24,000 bases of DNA, taken from NCBI GenBank assembly GCA_030627705.1, contig DAOVTE010000011.1:1-24000 (forward strand), given 5' to 3'. Of this stretch, positions 15,663-24,000 are shown piece by piece. The position numbers and the translations under genes are program-made. This DNA is from Bacteroidales bacterium. GTDB taxonomy: Bacteria > Bacteroidota > Bacteroidia > Bacteroidales > JAFGXI01. Numbering within the stretch: position 1 is the first letter of the stretch; each line of letters opens with the position of its first letter. A model generated the notes under the pieces. It made no database searches and was not told the DNA's origin. It was given only the letters and a program-made list of their open reading frames with translations.

Positions 15663-18455
15663 TTATTGTTTAATAAACTTCTTAATTACAACACCTTTTT
15701 CTGTTTGTAATCTTATAAAATAGATTCCTTTTGATAAATCTTCGATATTAATTCTAAATTCTGAATTATGAGTTTTGAATTCTTGAATAGTTTTTCCGTA
15801 AATATCTAGCACAGAATAACTTTCAACATTAAATATTTTACTTTCAATTTGCACGAATCTGCTTGATGGATTTGGGTAAATATTAAAACTTTGATTAACA
15901 TCAACCGTCTCTACTCCCACGTTATAAAGAGGAATATTTAATGTATCGTAGCATGTATATTGATAAGTTAATAATGGATTTGCTCTTTGAAGCCCGTGTA
16001 CAACAACCAAATAATTTCCTGCAAATAGATCTGTTTGTGCAGTATCTGTACTAGGTAAATTATAGTTTATATTCATTGGAAACATCCAAGAGCCATCATT
16101 TAATTTATCTATCCACTTAAATTCATAATAGTTAGGATAATTAGAATTTAAATACTTGTTTAAATATATTGCGCCTGCAGCATTCCCAGAGGTTGGTGTA
16201 TCTATAGTAATTGTAGGATCGAGAGCAGGTGGATCAAACAAGGTAATTGTTGATACTGGCGATTTACAGCCAAACATATTTTGTGTAAATAATTCTACAT
16301 TATGACCAGCTTGGCTTATATTAGGCCATGTTAATAAAGGATGGCTAGCTCCATAAGTAATAGTGTCTATAACTCCTGTCATACCATAATCTAGTGTCCA
16401 ATAAAATCTATTTGGATTTGCATACATAGAATCTACAACTAATTCGAAAGGCTCACCAACACATAGTGGATTTATTGTATCTATAATTAAACCTGTTGGC
16501 TGACCTGCAAATAAAATTGTAATTGTGTCAACATCACCACAGCCAAGTAAGCTATCTACTTGTTCAAACCATATAAGTTCATAAGTGCCTAGCAATGCAG
16601 TTACTGTATCTATTGGGCTTGTGCTACAGCATGTTCCAGTAGACCAAAAGAAACTACCTCCCATTGAGGAAATCCTCCATTCTCCTGATACTCCTGGTAT
16701 TAAACTAGAAATAGCATTTAAAGCATATGTGTGACTACAAACAGTATCACTAACACCTGCATTTGCTACTGGTCTTTCAAAAAATTCAATATATTTTACT
16801 TCAGAGGAATCTATACATGCACCATTTTCAACTACCCAATAAAACTCGTGCATTCCGTAATAATTTATAATCACTGTATCTATAATTGGGGTATTTTCGT
16901 TTGGTAAAAAGCTTGGCATATCAAATGCATCTACCCAAGTTCCTGTGCCTAATGTTGGAGGCACAGCTTTTAATTGCTTAGACCAATTGCCACACTCTGG
17001 AATACCCATTGAAGTATCTATTAATTCTGCTATTATTTCATCCCAGAAAACCACAAATACAGTATCTTGTGTTATACAGTGCCCATTTGTTTCGCGCCAA
17101 ATTAGAGCTATCTGCTGGTTAAATAATGAACTTGTTGAAGGTATATTTATACATGCGTTTGGTAATGTATCGTACATAGCATTATTTATTGTTCCATTAA
17201 TTGAGTTGGAGAAACCAATACCTGATGGATAAATCCATCGACCTTGACCAACAGAAGGTAATGCATTTAATTGAGCCCAACCTCCGCAAGCTGATATATT
17301 TGTACCAGCGTCAACGGTAGGTATTTCGTTAAAATGTATTAGAATTGTATCTCTGGATACGCAATTTGTATTATTTATATTCCATTCGATCCATTGTAAA
17401 ACATATTGACCTTCATATGGAGAATAAATATGAGAATGTGGATCTGTAATATCTGAGAATACAGCCATTGAGGGACCAGATATTTGCGACCACGATCCAG
17501 TAGAATTTGCTATACTATAATTCCCTACACCAGTATATGTCCAGCCACAAATAGAGGTGTCCTTCCCTGCATTTGCAATAGGTGTTTCAAAGAAAGTAAT
17601 TATTACAGAATCCGTATCGTAACAACATCCATTAATTGCTTTCCAATAGAATACAATATTTGTTTGCGAGGTAGCTCCATAGTTTATTCCAGATACGTTT
17701 ACCGATGTTGCATTTGCAAGCTCATCATCAAAGGTAACTCCAGATGAAGGATCGGCATACCATAATCCACTTTCGATATGTGCATTAACAGTATCAGCAA
17801 ATAAATGTGCAATTGTATCGCAAGTAATAGAACTTTGCCCTATTGCTAGGTTTGCATTAGCTACGGGTATATTATAAAATGTAATTTCAATAGTATCACT
17901 ATTTGTGCAGTTTTGATTACTTTCTGTCCAGATAAAACTACCAGTAAATGAATTATAATTATATAAAAGAATTGATGCTTGTGTAGTAGGGTTATTAATA
18001 TCAGAAAAAAACGTTCCTGTAGGACCTGTCCAATATCCTGTATTCCCTAAACCAGAAAAAGAACCATTAAATATATACATATTTCCACCTACAGTATCAT
18101 TTACACCTAAATTTATTGTTGGTGTTTCATAAACTCTAACCCAAATACGTGCTGTATTTGTATTTTGATTACTATTATTATCTGTAGAGATTAGATTTAC
18201 TTCGTACAAACCATACATAGCAAAATTGTGATTTGGATTTTGTTGCGTACTTGTTGTTCCGTCGCCAAAACTCCATGCATAAGTATAAGGAGCAGTGCCG
18301 CCAGTAGTAGAGCCAATAAAGTCGATTTGATTTCCATCACAAATAAATACAGTGTCTCCTGCAAGGGTAGGGGTTGTAGTTATTGTTGCTATTTGCGAAA
18401 AAGTGTAGCTAAAAAATGTTGATAATATAATTACTGTAAAGAATATTTTTTTCAT
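15663..18455 (-). CDS. T9SS-sorted adhesin-like surface protein (PKD domain, six ~90-aa repeats, type-A C-terminal sorting domain)
   Basis: The 930-aa ORF starts with the signal peptide MKKIFFTVIILSTFFSYTFSQ. A PKD-like domain (GGTAPYTYAWSFGDGTTSTQQNPNHNF) follows. The repeats carry the motif P-x-A-N-A-G-x-D-x-x-x-C ... W-x-E-x-N-G-x-C-x-x-x-D-T. The C-terminus (NIYPNPSSRFVQI ... KGIYFIRLQTEKGVVIKKFIKQ) fits a T9SS sorting domain. Confidence 0.85.
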   Translation of the reverse strand: MKKIFFTVIILSTFFSYTFSQIATITTTPTLAGDTVFICDGNQIDFIGSTTGGTAPYTYAWSFGDGTTSTQQNPNHNFAMYGLYEVNLISTDNNSNQNTNTARIWVRVYETPTINLGVNDTVGGNMYIFNGSFSGLGNTGYWTGPTGTFFSDINNPTTQASILLYNYNSFTGSFIWTESNQNCTNSDTIEITFYNIPVANANLAIGQSSITCDTIAHLFADTVNAHIESGLWYADPSSGVTFDDELANATSVNVSGINYGATSQTNIVFYWKAINGCCYDTDSVIITFFETPIANAGKDTSICGWTYTGVGNYSIANSTGSWSQISGPSMAVFSDITDPHSHIYSPYEGQYVLQWIEWNINNTNCVSRDTILIHFNEIPTVDAGTNISACGGWAQLNALPSVGQGRWIYPSGIGFSNSINGTINNAMYDTLPNACINIPSTSSLFNQQIALIWRETNGHCITQDTVFVVFWDEIIAELIDTSMGIPECGNWSKQLKAVPPTLGTGTWVDAFDMPSFLPNENTPIIDTVIINYYGMHEFYWVVENGACIDSSEVKYIEFFERPVANAGVSDTVCSHTYALNAISSLIPGVSGEWRISSMGGSFFWSTGTCCSTSPIDTVTALLGTYELIWFEQVDSLLGCGDVDTITILFAGQPTGLIIDTINPLCVGEPFELVVDSMYANPNRFYWTLDYGMTGVIDTITYGASHPLLTWPNISQAGHNVELFTQNMFGCKSPVSTITLFDPPALDPTITIDTPTSGNAAGAIYLNKYLNSNYPNYYEFKWIDKLNDGSWMFPMNINYNLPSTDTAQTDLFAGNYLVVVHGLQRANPLLTYQYTCYDTLNIPLYNVGVETVDVNQSFNIYPNPSSRFVQIESKIFNVESYSVLDIYGKTIQEFKTHNSEFRINIEDLSKGIYFIRLQTEKGVVIKKFIKQ

Positions 18456-18594
18456 AACATTTAAGTTTAATATACAATTAATAATAATATAAATTTAATA
18501 ACAAGAAAATATCGCTATTGTTTTAAAGACAAATTTATTCAAAAATAGTTGTATGTAGAAAAAAAAATATTTAATAATACACATTAAATATTTG

Positions 18595-18612
18595 TTAGTT
18601 AATATTAACTAA
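18595..18612. repeat. Perfect 18-bp palindrome TTAGTTAATATTAACTAA
   Basis: The sequence is its own exact reverse complement. It sits 36 bp downstream of the TolC gene stop (18648) and about 140 bp upstream of the adhesin start (18455). Its function is unknown. Confidence 0.3.
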
Positions 18613-18647
18613 CTATTATTTATTAATCTTTAAAAAAGGTTTGTTTT

Positions 18648-20120
18648 TTAGTTGTAGATACTCTCGAAATCTACATTTAAAGGGGAATTATTTCGGAAAT
18701 CAAATAGGGTAGACTGACGTAATGTATAGTATGTTTGCCAATACTCTTGTAAGGCACGAATATATGAAATTTTAGCATTATCCATATTTGTTTGCGCAAT
18801 ATTTAAATCTGTTACAGAAATCTTGCCTAAATAATATCTGTTTTTAGTTACATCGAAACTTTTTTGAGCTACAGTATCGCTTTTAGCAGCAATTAAAAGT
18901 TGATTATTTTGCATATTATATTCAGAAACTTGCATAAATATTGACTGATTAAAATCTATTTTTTCTTGCTCAATAGATTCTGTAATTAAATCTAAATTAC
19001 TTTCAGCCATTTTTACTTGTCCTTTACGCATTCCCCAATCGATAATTGGCACTTGTATACCCAAAGTAACTTGTTGCTGATTATTAGGATTTTCGTAAGC
19101 ATTAACATAAGTTTCAGCATTTTGAGTTAAACCAAAAACAGCATATAAATTTGCATTAAATCCATTTTGAGTTTTAGATCTATTCATATTAGCTTGTGCT
19201 TCGAGTAAACGTTGCTCAAATTCTAATATTTTGGGATTATTTTCCTTTGCTAAATTCATAGCTTCTTTGTAATCTATATAACTAAAATTCTTATTTTTGG
19301 GTATTATCAAAACAACTTTAGAGCTGTCGTTTATTCTTAAATAAGATTTAAATCTATACAATACATTTTTATAATCTAAATGCATTCTTTCTTGCCTTGA
19401 TTTAGATTTAAGTAGACTTAATTCTAACTGCAAGAGCTCATTTTCGGCAATTTTGCCTAATTGATATCTTCCTTTTGCAATTTGAAATAATGTATCGTAA
19501 TTGGCTACATTTAAATCTACAACTTTTACATTTATTTCGGCCGACAAAAGGTTAAAGTAATACCTTAGTGCTGTAATTGAAACTTGCTCTACTGAACTTA
19601 AGTATTCTCTTTTAGCTTTTTCGTATCTTAAAGGCTCAATTTTTTTATCCCATTTGTATGGATTATAGTTAAATAAAGGTTGACTGAACCCAATATTTAT
19701 TGGAGTAGATAAATAACTTTTTGTTGTAATTGTATCGTAATAATTATCTAATCTCTGCAAACCAGACGACACAAAAATATTGCCTCCTGTTAACCCTACT
19801 CTCTGATTAACTACCATTGAGCCTGAGTACGAAATATAGCTTTGTCCGACATATTCCTGTGCACCAGAAGAGCTTGTGTATGTTGTGTATGCTCTGTTTA
19901 GCGAAGGTAATGTTCCGTCTAACATTAATTGGGGTAACATGCTTCTTTTGTATGTTCTAAATTGCCAATAATTGGATCTAAATTGATGCTTTGCTTTAAG
20001 GGCATCTGGCGATTTTTCTTTTGCTATAGAAATTACATCTATAAGTGATAGTTGATGAATTTGAGATTTAGCTATAAATGAGTTTGCTAAAATAAATATT
20101 GTAATAATAAATTTATTCAT
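18648..20120 (-). CDS. TolC-family outer membrane efflux protein
   Basis: The 490-aa ORF has the signal peptide MNKFIITIFILANSFIAKSQ and the duplicated helical/beta repeat pattern of OEP proteins. Its ATG overlaps the upstream permease stop by 8 nt (AGACATGAATAA). Confidence 0.85.
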   Translation of the reverse strand: MNKFIITIFILANSFIAKSQIHQLSLIDVISIAKEKSPDALKAKHQFRSNYWQFRTYKRSMLPQLMLDGTLPSLNRAYTTYTSSSGAQEYVGQSYISYSGSMVVNQRVGLTGGNIFVSSGLQRLDNYYDTITTKSYLSTPINIGFSQPLFNYNPYKWDKKIEPLRYEKAKREYLSSVEQVSITALRYYFNLLSAEINVKVVDLNVANYDTLFQIAKGRYQLGKIAENELLQLELSLLKSKSRQERMHLDYKNVLYRFKSYLRINDSSKVVLIIPKNKNFSYIDYKEAMNLAKENNPKILEFEQRLLEAQANMNRSKTQNGFNANLYAVFGLTQNAETYVNAYENPNNQQQVTLGIQVPIIDWGMRKGQVKMAESNLDLITESIEQEKIDFNQSIFMQVSEYNMQNNQLLIAAKSDTVAQKSFDVTKNRYYLGKISVTDLNIAQTNMDNAKISYIRALQEYWQTYYTLRQSTLFDFRNNSPLNVDFESIYN

Positions 20121-21468
20121 GTCTTAGAGATGTTACAGGGTCTTGTATTGCAGCTTTTTTAGCAGGCATATAACCAAAAAGAACACCTACACTAACAGAT
20201 ACGAAAAATGATATAAATATTGAAAAACCAGATATGATTGTTAAAATTTCGGTAAAATTACTTACCAAATATGCGAAAATTATTCCTAAAACAATTCCTA
20301 TTAATCCTCCACTAATAGAAATAATTATAGCTTCGGCAATAAACTGAAGAACAATGTCTTCTTTTCTGGCGCCAATAGCCCTTCTTACGCCAATTTCTTT
20401 AATTCGTTCCATAACTGATGCTAGCATGATGTTCATTATACCAATACCACCTACAACTAGTGATATGCTTGCTATTGCAGCTAAAACTATATTAAAAATA
20501 TCTCTGGTTTTTTGCTCTTGTTTTAAAAGTAGCTCGGGAACTGTGATAATAAAATCTTCTGAATCTGCATGGCGCCTTTTAAGTAATCGATGTATCACAT
20601 CTAAGCTCATTCCAATATTTTCTGAATTATCAATTTGAATAATTAATTTATCTAGCTGATTTCTATTATTGTCTGTTTTTTGTTTATTATTCCTTCGTGA
20701 ACCTTTTTTTAGTTTCTTAGAATTAATTATTGACCTATCGTTGTATCGTATTAAAACAGTTTGCAATGGAGCGTACACATTCAAGTTAAAATTGTCTATT
20801 TGTAAGTTTGCCATTTGGCTTTCTTCCATCATTCTATTTTTAAGAACTCCAACAATTTTTAACCAAAGTCCTCCGCATTTTAATTGTTTTCCGATAGGAC
20901 TTTCTGTAGGAAAAAGTTTTACAGCCACATTATGTCCAATTATACAAACTTGTTCGCCTTTTTCGAAATGATAATTATTAAAATACTTACCGTTTTCTAA
21001 TTCTAGATTATAAACATTAAAGAAGTTCTTATTTATTCCTGTAAATTCTCCTGTTATACTATTCTTTCTGTAAATAATTGTTTGTTCTGTAGTAATCTCT
21101 GGGCTAATAGATTTTACAGTAGGAATTATTTTTTTAATAGCATCGGCATCAAGCAAAGTTAATCCTGGCGATAATCTAGTCTTACTTTCTTTATCATCTT
21201 TTGATATTTCATCATTGTCAGAAGCAATTGCACCATCGGTATTAATTTTTGGAGTTATAATAATATTATTTACACCTACTAATTTCATTTGGTCTAAAAG
21301 CTCTTGTTTAGCTCCATTACCTATTGCTAGCATAGCAATAACAGCCGCAACACCAAAAATAATTCCTAGTGCAGTTAGTATTGTTCTTGCCTTATTACTT
21401 AAAACTGCCTCGAAAGCAATTCTAATATTAAGTTGATATTTTTCTATATTAGCTTGACTAACAATCAC
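20113..21468 (-). CDS. MacB/FtsX-type ABC transporter permease (no fused ATPase domain)
   Basis: The 451-aa ORF has an N-terminal TM helix (ARTILTALGIIFGVAAVIAMLAIG) and a large periplasmic domain. The C-terminal FtsX-type module is SLVVGGIGIMNIMLASVMERIKEIGVRRAIGARKEDIVLQFIAEA followed by two more TM helices. Confidence 0.9.
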   Translation of the reverse strand: MIVSQANIEKYQLNIRIAFEAVLSNKARTILTALGIIFGVAAVIAMLAIGNGAKQELLDQMKLVGVNNIIITPKINTDGAIASDNDEISKDDKESKTRLSPGLTLLDADAIKKIIPTVKSISPEITTEQTIIYRKNSITGEFTGINKNFFNVYNLELENGKYFNNYHFEKGEQVCIIGHNVAVKLFPTESPIGKQLKCGGLWLKIVGVLKNRMMEESQMANLQIDNFNLNVYAPLQTVLIRYNDRSIINSKKLKKGSRRNNKQKTDNNRNQLDKLIIQIDNSENIGMSLDVIHRLLKRRHADSEDFIITVPELLLKQEQKTRDIFNIVLAAIASISLVVGGIGIMNIMLASVMERIKEIGVRRAIGARKEDIVLQFIAEAIIISISGGLIGIVLGIIFAYLVSNFTEILTIISGFSIFISFFVSVSVGVLFGYMPAKKAAIQDPVTSLRHE

Positions 21469-21476
21469 AATATTTA

Positions 21477-22703
21477 TTATTCTTTAGAAAAAATCCAATT
21501 ACTACTATTTTCTGGTATTGATAAATATATTTCGTCAGAAATTGTTAATCCTTTAGTTACAACAATATAATCTTCGTTATTTTCGCTAGTTTCTATTATT
21601 TGTTTTATTCCATTTGTGTATACAAAAACGGTACTATCGTTTGAATGTAAGCATTCTAAAGGAATATACAATGCGGAATCAATAACATTAATAATGATTG
21701 TATTTTTTGTTGTCATTGCTGGTCTTAAATCAGAATCGCTACCATCTACATTTATTTCTACTTCGAAAACATGTGCACTAGAGTTGGCTAATTCTTCTCC
21801 AATATTTGCAACAGTAATAGTTTTGCCTACTAACTTTTTATCAGGGAAAGCATCTACTGTAATTTCTACTTTTTGTCCAACCTTTACTTTGCTGATATCT
21901 ATTTCGTTTACAAAACTTTTAACCTGCATACTAGATAAATCTGGTAGTTTTGCAACTTTAGGATTCCATGGACTAATTGTAGTTCCTGGTACTTTTTTAT
22001 TTCCTCCCCAATCTTTTATATAAATTACCATTCCTGACTGTGGTGCAGTAACTTTAAAATCGTTAAGAATTAACATAATTTGCTCTTTCTTCCTAATATA
22101 TTTATTATGATCTATTACCGCCTCTTGTATTGTATTTATTTGTTTTTCTCGTTTAAGATTGTAACTCTCAATGCTTTGCTTGTATTGCCTATTTGCTTTT
22201 TCTACTTCTATTTCTAATTTACGCTGTATAGTAGGTGGCTCGTATTTAGAGTTTTTAAATTCAATCTTTTTTTCTTCTATTGCATATCTTTGATTTATTA
22301 ACTGATCTCTTGCTGCACGGAGTTCAAGGGCTGAGTCAATTTTAGATTTGTTTATTTTAGAATTAAGTTTTTCTAGACTAGCATCAATATCTTTTAGCTT
22401 GTTTAGAACAACGGTTTTATCTAAACTACCAATATAGTCGCCAGAATCAACAATTGTACCCTCTGGAACAAGATCTTCAATCTTAATTTTTTCGTAAATA
22501 TTAATAGACTGCAAGCCCAATGGACCATTTACATCTACAGATTTTTCGGCATCTAATTCTCCATTAATTGTAATGCTAACAATAAATTCACCAAGCTGTG
22601 GATTTACCATTATTGATTTATTTGTTGTTTTTTCTGAGAATAATACCCAAATAAGGACTAAAACTGTAACAACAATTATTGCATAGATAACTTTCTTTTT
22701 CAT
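21477..22703 (-). CDS. HlyD-family periplasmic adaptor subunit
   Basis: The 408-aa ORF has an N-terminal membrane anchor (VIYAIIVVTVLVLIWVLF), a lipoyl-like segment and a long coiled-coil region (about aa 95-215). A C-terminal beta-barrel domain follows. It lies directly upstream of the permease gene. Confidence 0.85.
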   Translation of the reverse strand: MKKKVIYAIIVVTVLVLIWVLFSEKTTNKSIMVNPQLGEFIVSITINGELDAEKSVDVNGPLGLQSINIYEKIKIEDLVPEGTIVDSGDYIGSLDKTVVLNKLKDIDASLEKLNSKINKSKIDSALELRAARDQLINQRYAIEEKKIEFKNSKYEPPTIQRKLEIEVEKANRQYKQSIESYNLKREKQINTIQEAVIDHNKYIRKKEQIMLILNDFKVTAPQSGMVIYIKDWGGNKKVPGTTISPWNPKVAKLPDLSSMQVKSFVNEIDISKVKVGQKVEITVDAFPDKKLVGKTITVANIGEELANSSAHVFEVEINVDGSDSDLRPAMTTKNTIIINVIDSALYIPLECLHSNDSTVFVYTNGIKQIIETSENNEDYIVVTKGLTISDEIYLSIPENSSNWIFSKE

Positions 22704-22987
22704 AATGCTTTTTCAATGGTACTTTTTATAACTGCCTAAAAGTATATTTTTAATCAATAAATAACAATGATTACTTTATAAAATAATAATGTTATAAAGA
22801 TGTTATTTAACGGTTATGTTTCTTAAAAAGTATATTAGATGTAAAGAAAAAGCCTCACGACAACTATAATTCTAATGCAAGGGGCCTCTATTTTTGTAAA
22901 AACAAATATTTCTTTATACACATGTAGGTGGGTTTTAAGTTTATTATTTTATGTTTTACTGGTTTCCATACTGCGATGGAATACATT

Positions 22988-23929
22988 CTACTCTTTTGTC
23001 CATATTCTTGTATTAAGATCTAGATTATGCACAAGATCAGTAATAGATAGCAGATAATTATAATAGAGCTCAATATATTCTTTATCGTATATAGATTTTA
23101 ATATTGTAGGTTCTAACATGTTTTTTGCGTTTGGCATAACAATAAAAAACTTATTATCTACAAAAGAAAATGAAACATTTTTTTTCATCTTATTATTATA
23201 ATCAAGCAATCTTTGCATAAAGCTAGTAGATAAAATATACCTAGACTCAATTTGATTCTCTCCAATTACTTTAAATTTTTTATTAAAAACAGAATCTTCC
23301 AGTTTAATAATTTCTGCTTCATTTGTATCTCCTGATAAATTTAATAAGGATTTCTTAAAATTTGTATAATCTCGTTTATCATATACTATTGTTTTAGATT
23401 TAAAGTATTTATTAAAACTAGCAGCAATAAAAACACCATTAAAGAAACCAATATCGCTGCGAGTGCCACATGCTTCAATCTCTGAGAATTGTATAATTGC
23501 ATTTCCAATTCTGCATTTAATATAATCATCTCCTTTGTGGGTATGCACGTATTTCTTTAACAAAAGACTTTTCCTAATTAAGTTTACAGATATTTTTTGA
23601 TATGATTTATACTTTACATCCTCATACAGATAATTTAACATTGGTAAAATAATTTCTTTCTTATATCTAAACTTTATGTGTTTTTTCAACCTAGAAACGA
23701 CTCCAATTGCAGTACCAATAAAATAAAATGGCATAACTACTAAAAATAATACAGCAGTAAAATCACTATAGATAAGAGTAAGAACACTTAATGCAATGAC
23801 AGAGATTGTAGAATATTTAAAAGCCAACATGTTGGCTTTATACTTTCTATTTGCATCAAATCTAATTTTTTCTAATTCATCGTGCTTATTTTCAATAAAT
23901 TCATTGTAAAAGTCATCGAAGTTCATCAT
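22988..23929 (-). CDS. DUF3137-like membrane protein
   Basis: The 313-aa ORF has two N-terminal TM helices. The core is ...GDDYIKCRIGNAIIQFSEIEA... then IIKLEDSVFNKKFKVIGENQIESRYILSTSFMQRLLDY. That pattern is how I remember DUF3137 (LED..F...F.VY..DQ.EARY.LTP..M.RL). The assignment is unverified. Confidence 0.55.
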   Translation of the reverse strand: MMNFDDFYNEFIENKHDELEKIRFDANRKYKANMLAFKYSTISVIALSVLTLIYSDFTAVLFLVVMPFYFIGTAIGVVSRLKKHIKFRYKKEIILPMLNYLYEDVKYKSYQKISVNLIRKSLLLKKYVHTHKGDDYIKCRIGNAIIQFSEIEACGTRSDIGFFNGVFIAASFNKYFKSKTIVYDKRDYTNFKKSLLNLSGDTNEAEIIKLEDSVFNKKFKVIGENQIESRYILSTSFMQRLLDYNNKMKKNVSFSFVDNKFFIVMPNAKNMLEPTILKSIYDKEYIELYYNYLLSITDLVHNLDLNTRIWTKE

Positions 23930-24000
23930 TGTTTATGCAAAATTGTTACTTATATAGAGTAGTTTCTACCTATTTTTTTTATTGTTATAATTATTAGCTA

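Noticed and set aside
22752-22772. AATCA-N11-TGATT inverted repeat 49-69 bp upstream of the adaptor gene, with half-sites similar to the 14828-14867 operator
   Set aside because: The spacing differs by one base from the ATCA-N10-TGAT dyads in the operator, and the flanking bases do not match ATCATAA/TTATGAT. This is probably a chance match in AT-rich sequence, and only a genome-wide motif test could revive it.
16945-23057. ORFs 16945-17232(+), 17484-17747(+), 18228-18422(+), 20354-20638(+), 20669-20971(+), 21215-21436(+), 21616-22023(+) and 22875-23057(+)
   Set aside because: All are antisense to well-supported minus-strand genes: the adhesin, permease, adaptor and the DUF3137-like 3' end. 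They are short and compositionally mirror-like.
1-24000. A search for CRISPR arrays, tRNA/rRNA genes, transposases, integrases, toxin-antitoxin pairs or defence-system enzymes (nucleases, helicases, NTPases)
   Set aside because: I found no regularly spaced direct repeats, no tRNA-like GC-rich cloverleaf segments, and no ORFs with recombinase, nuclease or P-loop motifs. The window appears to be envelope and transport dominated.

Overview
This window is AT-rich and looks like a Bacteroidota-type chromosomal segment. I infer that from T9SS type-A C-terminal sorting domains, a DUF3078-like barrel, Bacteroidota-style lipoprotein N-termini and familiar intergenic repeat modules. In order it contains: (1) a TolC / adaptor / RND tripartite efflux operon on + (1-5536). 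(2) An intergenic repeat array with a GC-rich hairpin terminator (5561-5730). (3) A parallel beta-helix T9SS cargo gene (5882-7450, -) broken by two in-frame stop codons. It is bracketed by 122-bp direct repeats, one of which is the 3' end of the adjacent secreted TPR/Lys-Glu-rich protein gene. (4) A DUF3078-like barrel gene overlapping a 7-TM membrane protein gene. (5) Tryptophanase. (6) A minus-strand operon in which all three products carry export signals: a rhodanese lipoprotein, an OprO/P-like porin and a tandem rhodanese. It is divergent from a Crp/Fnr regulator gene, and the shared control region holds a 40-bp nested palindrome with an FNR-like TGAT-N4-ATCA core. This is my best candidate for an undescribed system. 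(7) A 930-aa T9SS adhesin-like protein with a PKD domain and six ~90-aa Cys-containing repeats. (8) An adaptor / MacB(FtsX)-type permease / TolC operon with no ATPase gene. (9) A DUF3137-like membrane protein. I saw no rRNA, tRNA, CRISPR array, transposase, integrase or recognisable defence genes. All family assignments come from reading the translated ORFs by eye, and no database search was run.
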